From: Spirochaetota bacterium
Lineage (GTDB): Bacteria; Spirochaetota; UBA4802; UBA5368
Reading direction: 5' to 3'
Length of the DNA stretch: 64,000 nt
Assembly: GCA_035477215.1 (NCBI GenBank)
Contig: DATIKU010000030.1
Location: forward strand, 22,299-86,298
This document shows, one piece after another, positions 30,144 to 42,432 of this stretch. A program made the translations under genes and the position numbers. The notes under the pieces are model-generated. The model saw nothing but the letters and a program-made list of their open reading frames with translations. It was not told the DNA's origin and searched no databases. How positions within the stretch are numbered: the first letter of the stretch is position 1; each line of letters starts with the position of its first letter.

Positions 30144-30341
30144 ATGGCAAAGCCGCTGCTGGGAGAAATGCTGCTCGAAAACGGGGAGATAACCCGCGAG
30201 CAGCTCGACAAGGCGCTCGAGGTGCAGAAAAAAGAAGGCGGACTCATGGGCATCATTCTCGTCAACATCGGCTTTATCTCCGAGAAGACGCTGGTCAAAT
30301 TTCTCGCGGTGCAGGCCGAGCGTGTGGTGAAATCGGAGTAG
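30144..30341 (+). CDS. Small standalone protein resembling the T2SSE_N / MshEN domain (c-di-GMP-binding fold found at the N-terminus of GspE/MshE ATPases)
   Basis: LLGEMLLENGEITREQLDKALEVQKKEGGLMGIILVNIGFISEKTLVKFLAVQ matches the tandem L..L...GlIt.eqL..AL..Q-type MshEN motif. Strong RBS GGAGGA 7 nt upstream. Confidence 0.45.
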   Translation: MAKPLLGEMLLENGEITREQLDKALEVQKKEGGLMGIILVNIGFISEKTLVKFLAVQAERVVKSE

Positions 30342-30343
30342 TA

Positions 30344-31990
30344 CTATATCCGCTTGTGATTTATTCTTTTGTAAATCAGGTCGTTGGTAACTTTTAGTAT
30401 TTTGTCTATCTTGAACGGCTTTTTAAGAATATAAGCCAGCCCCTGGTCGAGCAGCGTGTTCACGCCGGGAATTTCGTCGACCCCGGTGATGAAGACGATG
30501 TCGGTCGAGGGGCTCACCTTTTTTATCATCTCGAAAACCTTGTCACCTTTTATACCGGGCATGAGGTAATCCAGAAACACAATATCGATGTCTTCGAACC
30601 CGCACATCTCGACGGCCTCCTCTCCGCTTGATACGGCAATTACCTGGTAGCCCGCCGCGTCGAACGCCCGCGAGAGGAATTCGCGTATGGGATCCTCGTC
30701 GTCGACTATGAGAATCCGCGTATCCCCGAAGAACACCACTTCGCTTTGCTCGTATCGCGCGCCCTTATCGTCGCCCAGTTCGGTGCGCGGAAACACAAGG
30801 TATATCTCCTTGCCGTTATCCTTATCGCTCGCGATGGTGAGCAGACCTCCGTGGCTCTGCATGATGCCATACGCCACTGCGAGCCACAAGCCGGTGGCCT
30901 CCTTCCCGCCGCGGATGTCGCGCCCGTCCGTAGGTGTTAATCCGCCCATAAATGGATGTATCGCCATGTCGACCTGATCGCGGGTCATGCCGCTTCCATT
31001 GTCCCGAATGGTCAGAACCACCTTCTCGTCCAGGTATTCGGTCGAGATCTCAATGAGACCGGGCTCGTCCCGGTCCAGGGTGTGAATGGAGTTTTGCAGT
31101 ACGTTGAGTATTGCTTCCTTCACCTGTTCGCGGTCGACGAGGACCCGGGGGATATGTCCGTTTCGTACGGTTATCTCGATCCCCTCCTTTTCCATGACTG
31201 ACCTCTGCATCGAAACGACCTCGCCCACGATCTCGCCAAGCTGGTGGTGCTGCAACTTCGCGTTTTTGCCTTTTACAAAGACATTGAGGCTCTCGATGAG
31301 CCGGGCGCCCCGCTCGGTCTGGTTGTCGATAACCGAGACGGCGTTTTGAATCGATTTCGATTCCGGGCTCTGCATGTTGATGAGCTCGGCATATCCCTGA
31401 ATCACCGCGAATATATTGTTGAACTCGTGTGCGACGCTCGAGGAGAGCACTCCGAGGCTCGTAATTTTTTCGGAATACATCTCTTCGGGATTCACCTTTT
31501 CCATCCCCTGCAGCTCCGCGATCTGCTCCCTGAAGAGCGCCGATGAACCGATGATTCTGCCCGACAGCTGATAAAAATTGACGTTCTGTCTCTGCCGTGC
31601 GAGCTCACCGATATCGAACACTACTCCGATCATGCCCATTGTTTTATCACCGCCGACCAGCGGCACGAGAACCGCCGTTACTGCGAGGCCTTCGCGTGCT
31701 TCGGCCTCGGACGCGGGGAGATATATGACGCTCTTTTTCTTGATGGCCCTGCGCACCATGAGCGAGAAGTTGGGGAATGCGCCGATATGCCGGTCGAAAT
31801 TACCGCCCGCCTCCCCCACCAGCACCAGTTTTTCCTCGGACTCTATGGATATGTACCCAGCCGTTGAAAGCGGCGACATCTCCTTCTGGATGGCATCGAC
31901 GCAAGTTTTCAGATAGTCGTCGACGTCCTTAGCCTTCGAGGCCCCGCCAAGGAGGGCCATTGCAAGCTCGAATTGCGGTTTTGTAAGCAT
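30344..31990 (-). CDS. Hybrid sensor histidine kinase (GAF-like sensor, HisKA, HATPase_c, C-terminal REC)
   Basis: SVAHEFNN H-box, G-boxes (DNGSGM, GLWLA), C-terminal receiver ILIVDDEDPIREFL...FLDYLMPG. Confidence 0.8.
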   Translation of the reverse strand: MLTKPQFELAMALLGGASKAKDVDDYLKTCVDAIQKEMSPLSTAGYISIESEEKLVLVGEAGGNFDRHIGAFPNFSLMVRRAIKKKSVIYLPASEAEAREGLAVTAVLVPLVGGDKTMGMIGVVFDIGELARQRQNVNFYQLSGRIIGSSALFREQIAELQGMEKVNPEEMYSEKITSLGVLSSSVAHEFNNIFAVIQGYAELINMQSPESKSIQNAVSVIDNQTERGARLIESLNVFVKGKNAKLQHHQLGEIVGEVVSMQRSVMEKEGIEITVRNGHIPRVLVDREQVKEAILNVLQNSIHTLDRDEPGLIEISTEYLDEKVVLTIRDNGSGMTRDQVDMAIHPFMGGLTPTDGRDIRGGKEATGLWLAVAYGIMQSHGGLLTIASDKDNGKEIYLVFPRTELGDDKGARYEQSEVVFFGDTRILIVDDEDPIREFLSRAFDAAGYQVIAVSSGEEAVEMCGFEDIDIVFLDYLMPGIKGDKVFEMIKKVSPSTDIVFITGVDEIPGVNTLLDQGLAYILKKPFKIDKILKVTNDLIYKRINHKRI

Positions 31991-32955
31991 TACATCTTTC
32001 CGCTGGAGCCGAGCACGCTAATGTTCTTCTGTTTGATCATCTTTATAAGCTCCTCACGCGCCGGCGCCAGGTATTTGCGGGGATCGAAATTGGACGGATC
32101 CTTCGCCAAAGCCTCGCGGATCCTGGCCGTCATGGCGAGACGGCCGTCGGAGTCGATGTTGATCTTGCACACGGCCGAGGCCGCGGCCCTGCGCAGCTGT
32201 TCCTCCGGCACGCCGAGCGCGTCCTTTATCTTCCCTCCGTACCGGTTGATCATTTCGACATATTCCTGCACTACCGAAGACGCCCCGTGCAGCACAATAG
32301 GAAAGCCCGGAATGCGCCGCTCGACCTCCTCGAGGATGTCAAACCGCAGTTCCGGGACGCCGGCGCCCGGCTTGAACTTGTACGCGCCGTGGCTTGTCCC
32401 GATCGATATTGCCAGGGAATCGACTCCGGTCTTTTGTACGAAGTCCTCGACCTCGTCGGGCTTCGTATAGTGCGTAACCTCCGACGAGACCTCGTCTTCT
32501 ATTCCGGCGAGCACGCCGAGCTCGCCTTCCACGGTGACGTCATACCGGTGGGCGTATTCCACGACACGCGTGGTAAGCTCGACGTTCTTTTCGTACGGCA
32601 GGTGCGAGCCGTCAATCATCACCGAGGAAAAACCGTTTTCTATGCACGACACACACAACTCATAGCTGTCCCCGTGGTCGAGGTGCAGAGCGATCGGGAG
32701 GCGCACGCCCATATCCTCCGACATTTTCACGGCGCCGAGAGCGAGGTAGCGCAACAGAGTCTCGTTGGCATATTCCCTTGCTCCCTTGGACACCTGAATG
32801 ATCACCGGGGAGCGTGTCTGCGCGCACGCGATGACTATCGCCTGCAGCTGTTCCATGTTGTTGAAATTATACGCGGGGATGGCGTATCCGCCCTTTACGG
32901 CCGCCTTGAACATATCGCGGGTGTTTACGAGTCCCAACTCTTTATAGTTGACCAT
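31990..32955 (-). CDS. fba: Fructose-bisphosphate aldolase class II. ORF open to 33033; start MVNYKEL at 32955 with GAGGTGG RBS.
   Basis: PVIIQVSKGAREYAN, HLDHGDS, GTSHGAYKF class II FBA motifs. Confidence 0.85.
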   Translation of the reverse strand: MVNYKELGLVNTRDMFKAAVKGGYAIPAYNFNNMEQLQAIVIACAQTRSPVIIQVSKGAREYANETLLRYLALGAVKMSEDMGVRLPIALHLDHGDSYELCVSCIENGFSSVMIDGSHLPYEKNVELTTRVVEYAHRYDVTVEGELGVLAGIEDEVSSEVTHYTKPDEVEDFVQKTGVDSLAISIGTSHGAYKFKPGAGVPELRFDILEEVERRIPGFPIVLHGASSVVQEYVEMINRYGGKIKDALGVPEEQLRRAAASAVCKINIDSDGRLAMTARIREALAKDPSNFDPRKYLAPAREELIKMIKQKNISVLGSSGKM

Positions 32956-33340
32956 AGCCACCTCATTAGTTCTCTTTATATTTACCGCGATCGGCAACCG
33001 TTGACCATGCCCGTCTTCCGTAAAACCGATCATCGCGGTATCTCTACTTGAAACGCCCTATGCCGACGGGTGTCAAGAAAGAAACCTGAACTTTTAGTTC
33101 GTTTTGTGTAAATTTTATGGCTCGGGACATGCAGGCTTTAAAATCAAAGAAAACGGTTTATTTTCATCGCGTCGGTTGTCGAATCGGTCTTCGGACATGC
33201 AGAGCATAAGCGGGGGTCCGAAGATTTCTGCTTCGTGATATTGAAAAAGCAGGCATGGAGTGAGGGTTGATTTCCATAGCCCGCAATTTCCCGAAAATGA
33301 ATAGAGCGCCGGCCTTTAAAAAACTGAAAGACAGAAAAAG

Positions 33341-33364
33341 GGCCGACCCTGTTTCGAGTCGGCC
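33341..33364. terminator. Bidirectional terminator-like hairpin downstream of PFOR
   Basis: GGCCGAC-N10-GTCGGCC flanked by an A-rich run upstream and a T-rich run downstream. Confidence 0.5.
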
Positions 33365-33393
33365 TGTCTTTTTATCTGCAGGAAATATCCGGT

Positions 33394-36300
33394 TTAACTC
33401 GAATAATCGAGAGCGGCAAGACGACTGTATGTCTTGTACCGCCAGCGCGCGTTATCCTCCGCCGCCTTGAAGAGATCTTCGGCAGCGGCCGGGAATTCGT
33501 GTTGGAGCGAGGAATAACGGATTTCGCCCATGAGAAACTCCCGGAACTGCTCAAATTTGGGCTCCTTCGAATCGAGTACGAACGGGTTCTTGCCTTCTTT
33601 TTCGAGCATCGGATTGTAACGGTAGAGCTGCCAGTAACCGGATTCAACCGCACGTTTGGACTCCTCCTGCGACTTGCTCATACCGGCGCGAAGTCCGTGG
33701 CTGATACAGGGCGAATAGGCTATAATCACCGATGGTCCCGGGTAGGCCTCGGCCTCCACCAGCGCTTTTATAAACTGGTTCTGGTTTGCCCCCATGGCCA
33801 CCTGGGCTACATACACATATCCGTAGCTCATTGCCATAAGGCCCAGGTCTTTTTTGCGAGTGCGCTTTCCCGCCGCGGCGAACTGTGCCACTGCCGCCGT
33901 CGGTGTCGCCTTCGACGACTGGCCGCCGGTGTTGGAATATATCTCGGTATCCATTACCAGCAGATTGATGTCATCGCCGGAGGCGATGACATGATCAAGA
34001 CCGCCGAAACCGATGTCGTAAGCCCAGCCGTCTCCGCCAAACACCCATATTGAGCGTTTTACCAGGTAATCTTTAAAAGAAAGCATCTCGGCGGCAAGCT
34101 CGCCGCCGTCTTTTTCCAGAAGAGGAACCAGTTTTGCGGCGGCGGCCTTCGATTTCTCGGCGTCGTCCTTTCCCTCCATCCATTCCTTAAGCGCCGATTT
34201 AAGTTCCGCCGAGGCCCCGCCGGCCAGATATTTTTCGGCGGCGATAACGATCCTGTTGCGCATCTTGCCCACCCCGAGGAACATCCCGTACCCGTACTCG
34301 GCGGCATCTTCGAAGAGCGAACTGGCCCATGACGGACCGCAGCCGTCGGCATTGACACAGTAGGGCGTTGCCGGCGCCGAGCCCCCGTAAATTGAGGAAC
34401 AGCCGGTGGCGTTGGCGATCATCATCCGATCTCCGTAGAGCTGGGTGATGAGTTTGATATAGGGAGTCTCGCCGCACCCCGCGCACGCGCCCGAAAACTC
34501 GAACAGGGGCTTGGCAAACTGGCTGCCCTTCACGGTGGTCTTACTCATCAGATTGTCCTTGATTGAGACTTTGTGCGCAAAGTATTCCCATCGTGGAGCC
34601 TCGGCGAGCTGCGTTTCGAGCGGCTTCATGATGAGGGCCTTCTGCTTTGAAGGGCAGACATCCGCGCAGACTCCACAGCCCGTGCAGTCGAGCGGGCTTA
34701 TCTGGATTTTATAGTGAAGTCCGTCGAGTTCCTTGCCCTTCGCTTCGATTGTCACCGTGCCCACGGGCATATTTTTCAGCTCTTTTTCATTAAGGAGGAA
34801 GGGGCGGATGACCGCGTGCGGACAGACGTAGGCGCACTGGTTACACTGTATGCAATGCTCGCTCTGCCATTCCGGGACATTGACGGCAATCCCCCGTTTC
34901 TCGTACGCCGAGGTACCGGGCGGAAACGTACCGTCTGCACGGTCAATAAAAGCGCTGACCGGCAGCAGATCGCCCTCCAGACTGTTCATGGGATAGACGA
35001 TTTTCTCGATGAATTCGGGGAGTTGCTCATCCGACTGCTTTTTCTTCGGAACGATGTTCTTCCATTCCGCGGGGATTTGGACCTCCATCACCTTTTCTCC
35101 GCCTTTTTCGACCGAGGCGTTGTTGAGGTTGACGATATCATCGCCTTTCTTGCCATAGGTTTTTTTAATGGCATTCTTCATGTCCGTTACGGCCTTCTCA
35201 TAGGCGATTACGTTGGCCACTTTGAAAAACGCCGCCTGCATAATCGTATTGGTGCGACCAGACATGCCGAGATCCTCGGCGATCTGTGTTGCGTTGATTA
35301 TAAAAAACCGTATTTCATTCTCCGCGAGCGTTCTTTTGACCGTATCGGGAAGGCGATTTTTTGTCTCCTCGGCGTCCCAAATGCTGTTCAGTAAAAACGT
35401 GCCGCCCTTCTTGATCCCGCGCAGCATATCGTACTTTTCCATGTATGCCGAAACATGGCAGGCCACGAAATCGGGCCTGGTGACCAGATATGTGGACCTG
35501 ATGGGCTTTTCCCCAAAACGCAGGTGGGATACCGTGACGCCGCCGGATTTCTTCGAATCGTATGCGAAATAGGCTTGTGCGAAAAGATTTGTGTTGTCAC
35601 CGATGATTGTGATGGAATTTTTGTTCGCGCTGACGGTGCCGTCCGAACCTACCCCGTAAAAGCGCGCGCTGAATGTTCCTTCCGGGACCACGTCCACATC
35701 GTCCGTGACCGGAAGCGACTTAAAGGTGACGTCATCGACAATACCGATGGTAAACCCGTCCTTTGGATCGGAGTGCTTGAGGTTCTCGAATACCGCAAGT
35801 ATCTGACCGGGGGTGGTGTCCTTGGAACTGAGACCGTAACGCCCGCCAACGATAACCGGGGCGTCCTTCTTTTGATAAAACAGGTTTTTAACGTCAAGGT
35901 AAAGGGGTTCGCCCATGGCGCCCGGTTCTTTCGTGCGATCGAGGACGGCTATGCGTTTTACCGACTTAGGAATGGCCTTGGAAAAATATTTTTCGGAGAA
36001 CGGCCGGTACAAATGAACCTTGAGAAGTCCAACTTTCTCACCCTTCGATACGAGGTGGTCTATTACGTCATGGATCGTTTCGGTGACCGATCCCATTGCA
36101 ATCAGTACATGCTCGGGATTATCCGCCCCATAATAAACGAAGGGATGGTACTGGCGGCCCGTTAAGCGGCTTATATGCTGCATGTATTCATCGACTATGT
36201 CCGGGATGGCGTCGTACCACCGGTTGGAGGCCTCGCGAACCTGGAAGTAAATGTCAGGGTTCATGGCCGTTCCGCGCGTCACCGGTTTATTCGGATTGAG

Positions 36301-36936
36301 GGCGTTTTTTCTGAACCGCTCGAGAGCGTCTTTATCGAGGAGGCCGGCCAGTTCGTCGAATTCGAGAACTTCGATCTTTTGTATCTCGTGCGATGAACGG
36401 AACCCATCGAAAAAATGCATAAATGGAACCCGGCCCTTTATGGCGGAGAGATGCGCCACCGCACCGAGGTCCATTATCTCCTGGATGCTTCCTGTGGCAA
36501 GCATGGCGAAACCGGTCTGCCTCGTTGCGTAAACGTCGGCATGGTCGCCGAAAATAGAGAGGGCGTGCGCCGAGAGGGATCGAGCGCTCACGTGGAAAAC
36601 GCCCGGCAGAAGCTCGCCGGAGATCTTATACATGTTCGGGATCATGAGCAGCAATCCCTGAGATGCCGTATAGGTTGTCGTGAGCGCCCCGGCCTGGAGC
36701 GATCCGTGCATGGCAGCGGCGGCCCCGGCCTCGGACTGCATCTCTACGACATGCACCTGGTCGCCGAAAATATTCTTCATGCCGTAGGCCGCCCACTTGT
36801 CGGTATTCTCCGCCATCGGCGTCGACGGAGTGATCGGATATATCGCGGCGACCTCGGTAAAGGCATAGGCTACATGAGCCGCGGCCATATTGCCGTCCAT
36901 GGATTTCATAACCCGCTTTTTTGTCATTGAAGCCAT
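33394..36936 (-). CDS. nifJ: Pyruvate:ferredoxin (flavodoxin) oxidoreductase, single-polypeptide NifJ/PorA type
   Basis: 1180 aa. N-terminal MDGNMAAAHVAYAF, two 4Fe-4S ferredoxin motifs (CIQCNQCAYVCPHA, CTGCGVCADVCP) and a TPP-binding C-terminal domain. Confidence 0.9.
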   Translation of the reverse strand: MASMTKKRVMKSMDGNMAAAHVAYAFTEVAAIYPITPSTPMAENTDKWAAYGMKNIFGDQVHVVEMQSEAGAAAAMHGSLQAGALTTTYTASQGLLLMIPNMYKISGELLPGVFHVSARSLSAHALSIFGDHADVYATRQTGFAMLATGSIQEIMDLGAVAHLSAIKGRVPFMHFFDGFRSSHEIQKIEVLEFDELAGLLDKDALERFRKNALNPNKPVTRGTAMNPDIYFQVREASNRWYDAIPDIVDEYMQHISRLTGRQYHPFVYYGADNPEHVLIAMGSVTETIHDVIDHLVSKGEKVGLLKVHLYRPFSEKYFSKAIPKSVKRIAVLDRTKEPGAMGEPLYLDVKNLFYQKKDAPVIVGGRYGLSSKDTTPGQILAVFENLKHSDPKDGFTIGIVDDVTFKSLPVTDDVDVVPEGTFSARFYGVGSDGTVSANKNSITIIGDNTNLFAQAYFAYDSKKSGGVTVSHLRFGEKPIRSTYLVTRPDFVACHVSAYMEKYDMLRGIKKGGTFLLNSIWDAEETKNRLPDTVKRTLAENEIRFFIINATQIAEDLGMSGRTNTIMQAAFFKVANVIAYEKAVTDMKNAIKKTYGKKGDDIVNLNNASVEKGGEKVMEVQIPAEWKNIVPKKKQSDEQLPEFIEKIVYPMNSLEGDLLPVSAFIDRADGTFPPGTSAYEKRGIAVNVPEWQSEHCIQCNQCAYVCPHAVIRPFLLNEKELKNMPVGTVTIEAKGKELDGLHYKIQISPLDCTGCGVCADVCPSKQKALIMKPLETQLAEAPRWEYFAHKVSIKDNLMSKTTVKGSQFAKPLFEFSGACAGCGETPYIKLITQLYGDRMMIANATGCSSIYGGSAPATPYCVNADGCGPSWASSLFEDAAEYGYGMFLGVGKMRNRIVIAAEKYLAGGASAELKSALKEWMEGKDDAEKSKAAAAKLVPLLEKDGGELAAEMLSFKDYLVKRSIWVFGGDGWAYDIGFGGLDHVIASGDDINLLVMDTEIYSNTGGQSSKATPTAAVAQFAAAGKRTRKKDLGLMAMSYGYVYVAQVAMGANQNQFIKALVEAEAYPGPSVIIAYSPCISHGLRAGMSKSQEESKRAVESGYWQLYRYNPMLEKEGKNPFVLDSKEPKFEQFREFLMGEIRYSSLQHEFPAAAEDLFKAAEDNARWRYKTYSRLAALDYSS

Positions 36937-37406
36937 AGTATTCTCCTTTTAGATCAAGGTGATGACGGAGTCTTCAAAAACCGTCTTGTTGTGAGTCCCG
37001 GGGAGTACGCGTTATTTCCCGGCAAGGTATAATCGAATTCGCATCGCCAAAGTTTAGCGTTCCGAATTATAATCGTGTTCTTCTCTTATTACGCCACTAT
37101 AATCGTAGCAACTGGAAAATTCAAATCTAAAATGCATCCACCCCACGCAGACTGTATCGAAGGTCATGCACTTTTGACTGTCCCGACAACCAGTCCCGGT
37201 ATGACCATACATCCTTGACCTGCCAGTCGGGGTAGGCCATCCTAAAACAATGTATTTTATCAAAACTATTTTTAGTCCGTTCCTTTTTTTAGAGTGGGGT
37301 ATTCCCGGAAGCTATTTTCCGATTCCGGTTTTTTTCCGCGAAAATCGTAAAATCACGAGTCTGCAAATCTATTGACTTTTCTCCCGCCCGGTAACAATAT
37401 ACGCGT

Positions 37407-38249
37407 ATGATGGATGTGAGCATGGGCGGCGCCGCCAGGGATCGTCTGGCGGAATACGAAAAGCATCGGGAGTTCTGGCAAAATGGCCTGCAGGTAGTAG
37501 AGGAGGTTTCGGCCTCGCTCGAATCATCCCTGGCACTCCTTGAAAAAAAGTACGCGGATTTCGATTCGCTGTACAACGAGGCAATGGACCGAATCGATAC
37601 GCTGGCCGCCATTTACGCCGGGGTCAATACAATACAGGGACGGGAATATGTCCTGCGGCTTAAGGCGCTCATGCGCGAATACAAGAACCGGTATTCCCTG
37701 GAGGGAATCAATTTCAATGCGCTCTACTTTCTTCATTCGAAGATAAAGGATCTTCGCAATACAAGTTTCAGCGGATTTCCGAGTCTCGACCATTCGTCCT
37801 GTGACAGGGACGCAGGTGCAGCGGTCACCGGACAGACCATAACGGTAAAACATCGATGGGTTACCTTCGAGCGGAATGGCTCGTGTTTTATCGTACCGTA
37901 CGACAGACTCGAAATAATCGAGTACCGCAAGGCCGATTTAAGGAACGATCCCGGGATGAACGGTTTCTCGCTACACCGCGACGGTGCGCCGCTTGAAGTG
38001 AGGGACATCTTCGCGTCGACGACGTCGGCAAAGACCAGGCCGGCATTTTTCGTCATCGTCGGGTTGGACGGCATCCCCGCGTGTTACGCGGCCTCCGGTA
38101 TCGGTAAAAAGATACTGTCGAGGCGGGACATCATCTCGCCGGCGCTAAGGAACGTGTCTCGCGGCGGGCTCTCGCGCGGCTCCCTCCGGCTTTTCGGACG
38201 AAACCACCTTTTTATTCATCCGAACGGTCCGGCGCGCCTGTTGCTTTAA
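37407..38249 (+). CDS. Hypothetical protein, no recognisable domain
   Basis: 280-aa ORF divergent from PFOR with adequate coding periodicity. Confidence 0.35.
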   Translation: MMDVSMGGAARDRLAEYEKHREFWQNGLQVVEEVSASLESSLALLEKKYADFDSLYNEAMDRIDTLAAIYAGVNTIQGREYVLRLKALMREYKNRYSLEGINFNALYFLHSKIKDLRNTSFSGFPSLDHSSCDRDAGAAVTGQTITVKHRWVTFERNGSCFIVPYDRLEIIEYRKADLRNDPGMNGFSLHRDGAPLEVRDIFASTTSAKTRPAFFVIVGLDGIPACYAASGIGKKILSRRDIISPALRNVSRGGLSRGSLRLFGRNHLFIHPNGPARLLL

Positions 38250-38932
38250 AACTCCTCGTCTTCATTTTTTCGAAGAAAGAAAAGCGATTTTATCTCTTCG
38301 ACCGATACGCGCCCCGCCCGCACGACCGAGATACCCTGACCGCTGATATCGATGACGGTTGCCGGAGGATGCTTCCTGCACAATTCATCTACGATGAGCG
38401 CCCGATCAACGTGGCCCTTGCATGCCTTCTCGATGTCCTCACGTTTATATAGCGCTCCCTTCGTAAAAGTCCGGTACAGATGCGAGAAGATGAGTGGGGC
38501 GTCCACAGTCGTAATTATTGACTGAAGGAACCTGCTTTTCGGGAAGCGGACCCCGATCGTTTCACCGACCCGTTCGGCGTTTTTTCTTTTCAATATGACG
38601 GTTATCTCGCCCGGCCATACACGGTTTAAAAAATCGTAATCCTTTTTCGAAAGACTCGCCATGTCGTCGAGCATTCTAAAGGACGATATAAGTCTTACGT
38701 AGAGTTTGTGCGGGTTTTTAACCGCCCGGGAGATTCTCTTTTCATTTTCGGGGGAAGCAATCGCCGCTATGGCGTAAATATTGTCGACCGGTAAAAGAAC
38801 CAGCGCGTTGGCGCTGAGCGATTCCGTTATCCTGCCGATTACCTCGCCGGGGAGGGAGCCGTTTTTTTTAAGCTTTTTTAAAAAGATGGTGCCTGATTCT
38901 CTATATTGCATTTCGGCAACGCACCTCTCCAC
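38246..38932 (-). CDS. tsaC: L-threonylcarbamoyladenylate synthase TsaC/YrdC family
   Basis: LLPVDNIYAIAAIAS (cf. YPTDTVYGLG), WPGEITVIL, GVRFP..., C-terminal PATVIDISG...VVRAGRVS pattern. Confidence 0.55.
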   Translation of the reverse strand: MERCVAEMQYRESGTIFLKKLKKNGSLPGEVIGRITESLSANALVLLPVDNIYAIAAIASPENEKRISRAVKNPHKLYVRLISSFRMLDDMASLSKKDYDFLNRVWPGEITVILKRKNAERVGETIGVRFPKSRFLQSIITTVDAPLIFSHLYRTFTKGALYKREDIEKACKGHVDRALIVDELCRKHPPATVIDISGQGISVVRAGRVSVEEIKSLFFLRKNEDEEF

Positions 38933-39451
38933 AATTGAACCGGTCGTCCAGCAACCGTGCCGTTACCAGGCCGGCAATGTTGTCTGAGCAAATACGGTGA
39001 TGGCAGAAATGGGCGTGGAGACACTTCAACGAACCCGTGTCCCGCGCCCCGCCCACGCCCGCGTTCATTACGCGGCGCATCTCTTCCGGGAACGTTGCTT
39101 TGGGCCGTGAATGGCATACGCGCTTCCGTAAAAAGAACATCTGTGCGTTGGCGCTCTCCATCTTCATTTTAAGCGAATTGTTTTGCAGTATAAAGTTCCC
39201 GATTTTTTCTATATATCCGGCCTGCTCGATATCGTGGATGCGCTCGTTGAGACACGGACAGGTCAGCCAGAGCATGTTGGAAACCGCATCGTAATTCCAT
39301 TCGCCGCCGCCGGCATCCGGGTTGAGGAGCATTATCCGTGGATATCCGTAATCACAGCGCTCTACAATTCCTTCAGCGTAAATATTTTCTCTTCCTATCT
39401 GGCGGCGAATTGCGCCTATATCCTCATCACTGTAAGAATAATCGACCACGG

Positions 39452-41171
<1,720 letters not shown>

Positions 41172-41371
41172 TTAACCGGTTGATATACCGCGAATGCGGC
41201 GCCGAAAAACTTAAAGATTGTATTTAACAGAACCTTGCAGGGCGTTGAAAATGCCCTTTCCGATTATGCATGGACTAAATAGACCACGGCTGCATGGTTT
41301 TATAAACTTTCGTTTTAGGCAAGTAAATTTTAGCGGCTCCTTCCCCGTAGTTTCTTGACATAAAGCGGCTC

Positions 41372-41986
41372 TTGAATCGTAATCAGCGCATGGACAACCG
41401 AAGCGAAAGAATCCGGCGGCGTATCGATCGATACAAACAGGGACTTCCTTCCGAAGAAACTGCCAAAAAGCGCAAGTTTTCCCGCGCACTGGTTTTGATC
41501 AATATCATACTCCTGGTGGTTATGATATTCTTTTTCAAGCGTCCGGTCGATCGCACCTACCACACCACCAGCATCGAGTTCGACGGTGCGCTGTACCGGC
41601 TGTCCATGGTCCGCGACACCAGGGGCGGCGGTTATAACGCCTCTCTCAGCGTCGAATCGGCGTCCGGCGAGCACAGAACCATCGTATTCGGACGACCCCT
41701 CGCCGAGCTCTCTATTTTGCATGACGACGGCGTAGTCGACCGATTCGATCTCGGAGAGTCCACGACCCGCCTCGCGCTTCATCCCGGCGAAACAAGAAAC
41801 TTCGTAAAACGAATCTCCGACGCGAAACTGCTCGAATTCAGCAAGGCGAACCCCGAAACGCTGGTTCCGCCGAGAAGGACCATTTTTTCCCGCGAACAAT
41901 TCATCCCGCTGAAGGCCCGGCTTACGATCAATACCGGGCGAAAGATATCGACGACGCTCAATTTTAACTACGAGGTCGAACGGTGA
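41372..41986 (+). CDS. Hypothetical single-pass membrane protein
   Basis: 204 aa with one TM segment ([16 protein letters not shown]). The downstream dCMP deaminase gene starts 4 nt inside its 3' end. Confidence 0.4.
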   Translation: MNRNQRMDNRSERIRRRIDRYKQGLPSEETAKKRKFSRALVLINIILLVVMIFFFKRPVDRTYHTTSIEFDGALYRLSMVRDTRGGGYNASLSVESASGEHRTIVFGRPLAELSILHDDGVVDRFDLGESTTRLALHPGETRNFVKRISDAKLLEFSKANPETLVPPRRTIFSREQFIPLKARLTINTGRKISTTLNFNYEVER

Positions 41987-42432
41987 CCGCCAGACCGTCG
42001 TGGGACGAGTATTTCATGAAGATCGCCGATGATGTATCCACGCGGGCGACCTGTGTGCGCCGCCGCGTGGGGGCTATTATAGTCAAGGACCGGCGCATGC
42101 TTACGACCGGCTACAATGGGGTGCCGGCCGGCATCACCCACTGCACTCCCGAAACCTGCCTGCGCACCATCTACAACGTTCCATCGGGCGAGCGCCACGA
42201 GCTGTGCCGCGGACTCCATGCCGAGCAGAACGCCATCATTCAGGCGGCGTACCATGGAGTATCGATAAAGGACGCCGTGATTTACATCACCAACCAGCCC
42301 TGTTCCATATGCACCAAGATGCTCATCAACAGCGGAATCCGCACATTCATCATTCGAGACCCGTACGACGACGCACTCGCGCAGGATATGATCCGTGAAG
42401 CGGGAGTCGAGATGATCATCTTTAAGGGTTAA
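41983..42432 (+). CDS. dCMP deaminase / CMP-dCMP-type cytidine deaminase (ComEB-like)
   Basis: HAEQNAI and PCSICTKML zinc-ligand motifs, 149 aa. Confidence 0.8.
   Translation: MTARPSWDEYFMKIADDVSTRATCVRRRVGAIIVKDRRMLTTGYNGVPAGITHCTPETCLRTIYNVPSGERHELCRGLHAEQNAIIQAAYHGVSIKDAVIYITNQPCSICTKMLINSGIRTFIIRDPYDDALAQDMIREAGVEMIIFKG

Noticed and set aside
33499-36930. Several 170-240-aa plus-strand ORFs inside the PFOR gene
   Set aside because: All are antisense to the 1180-aa PFOR, which has ferredoxin and TPP motifs. No RBS or motifs.
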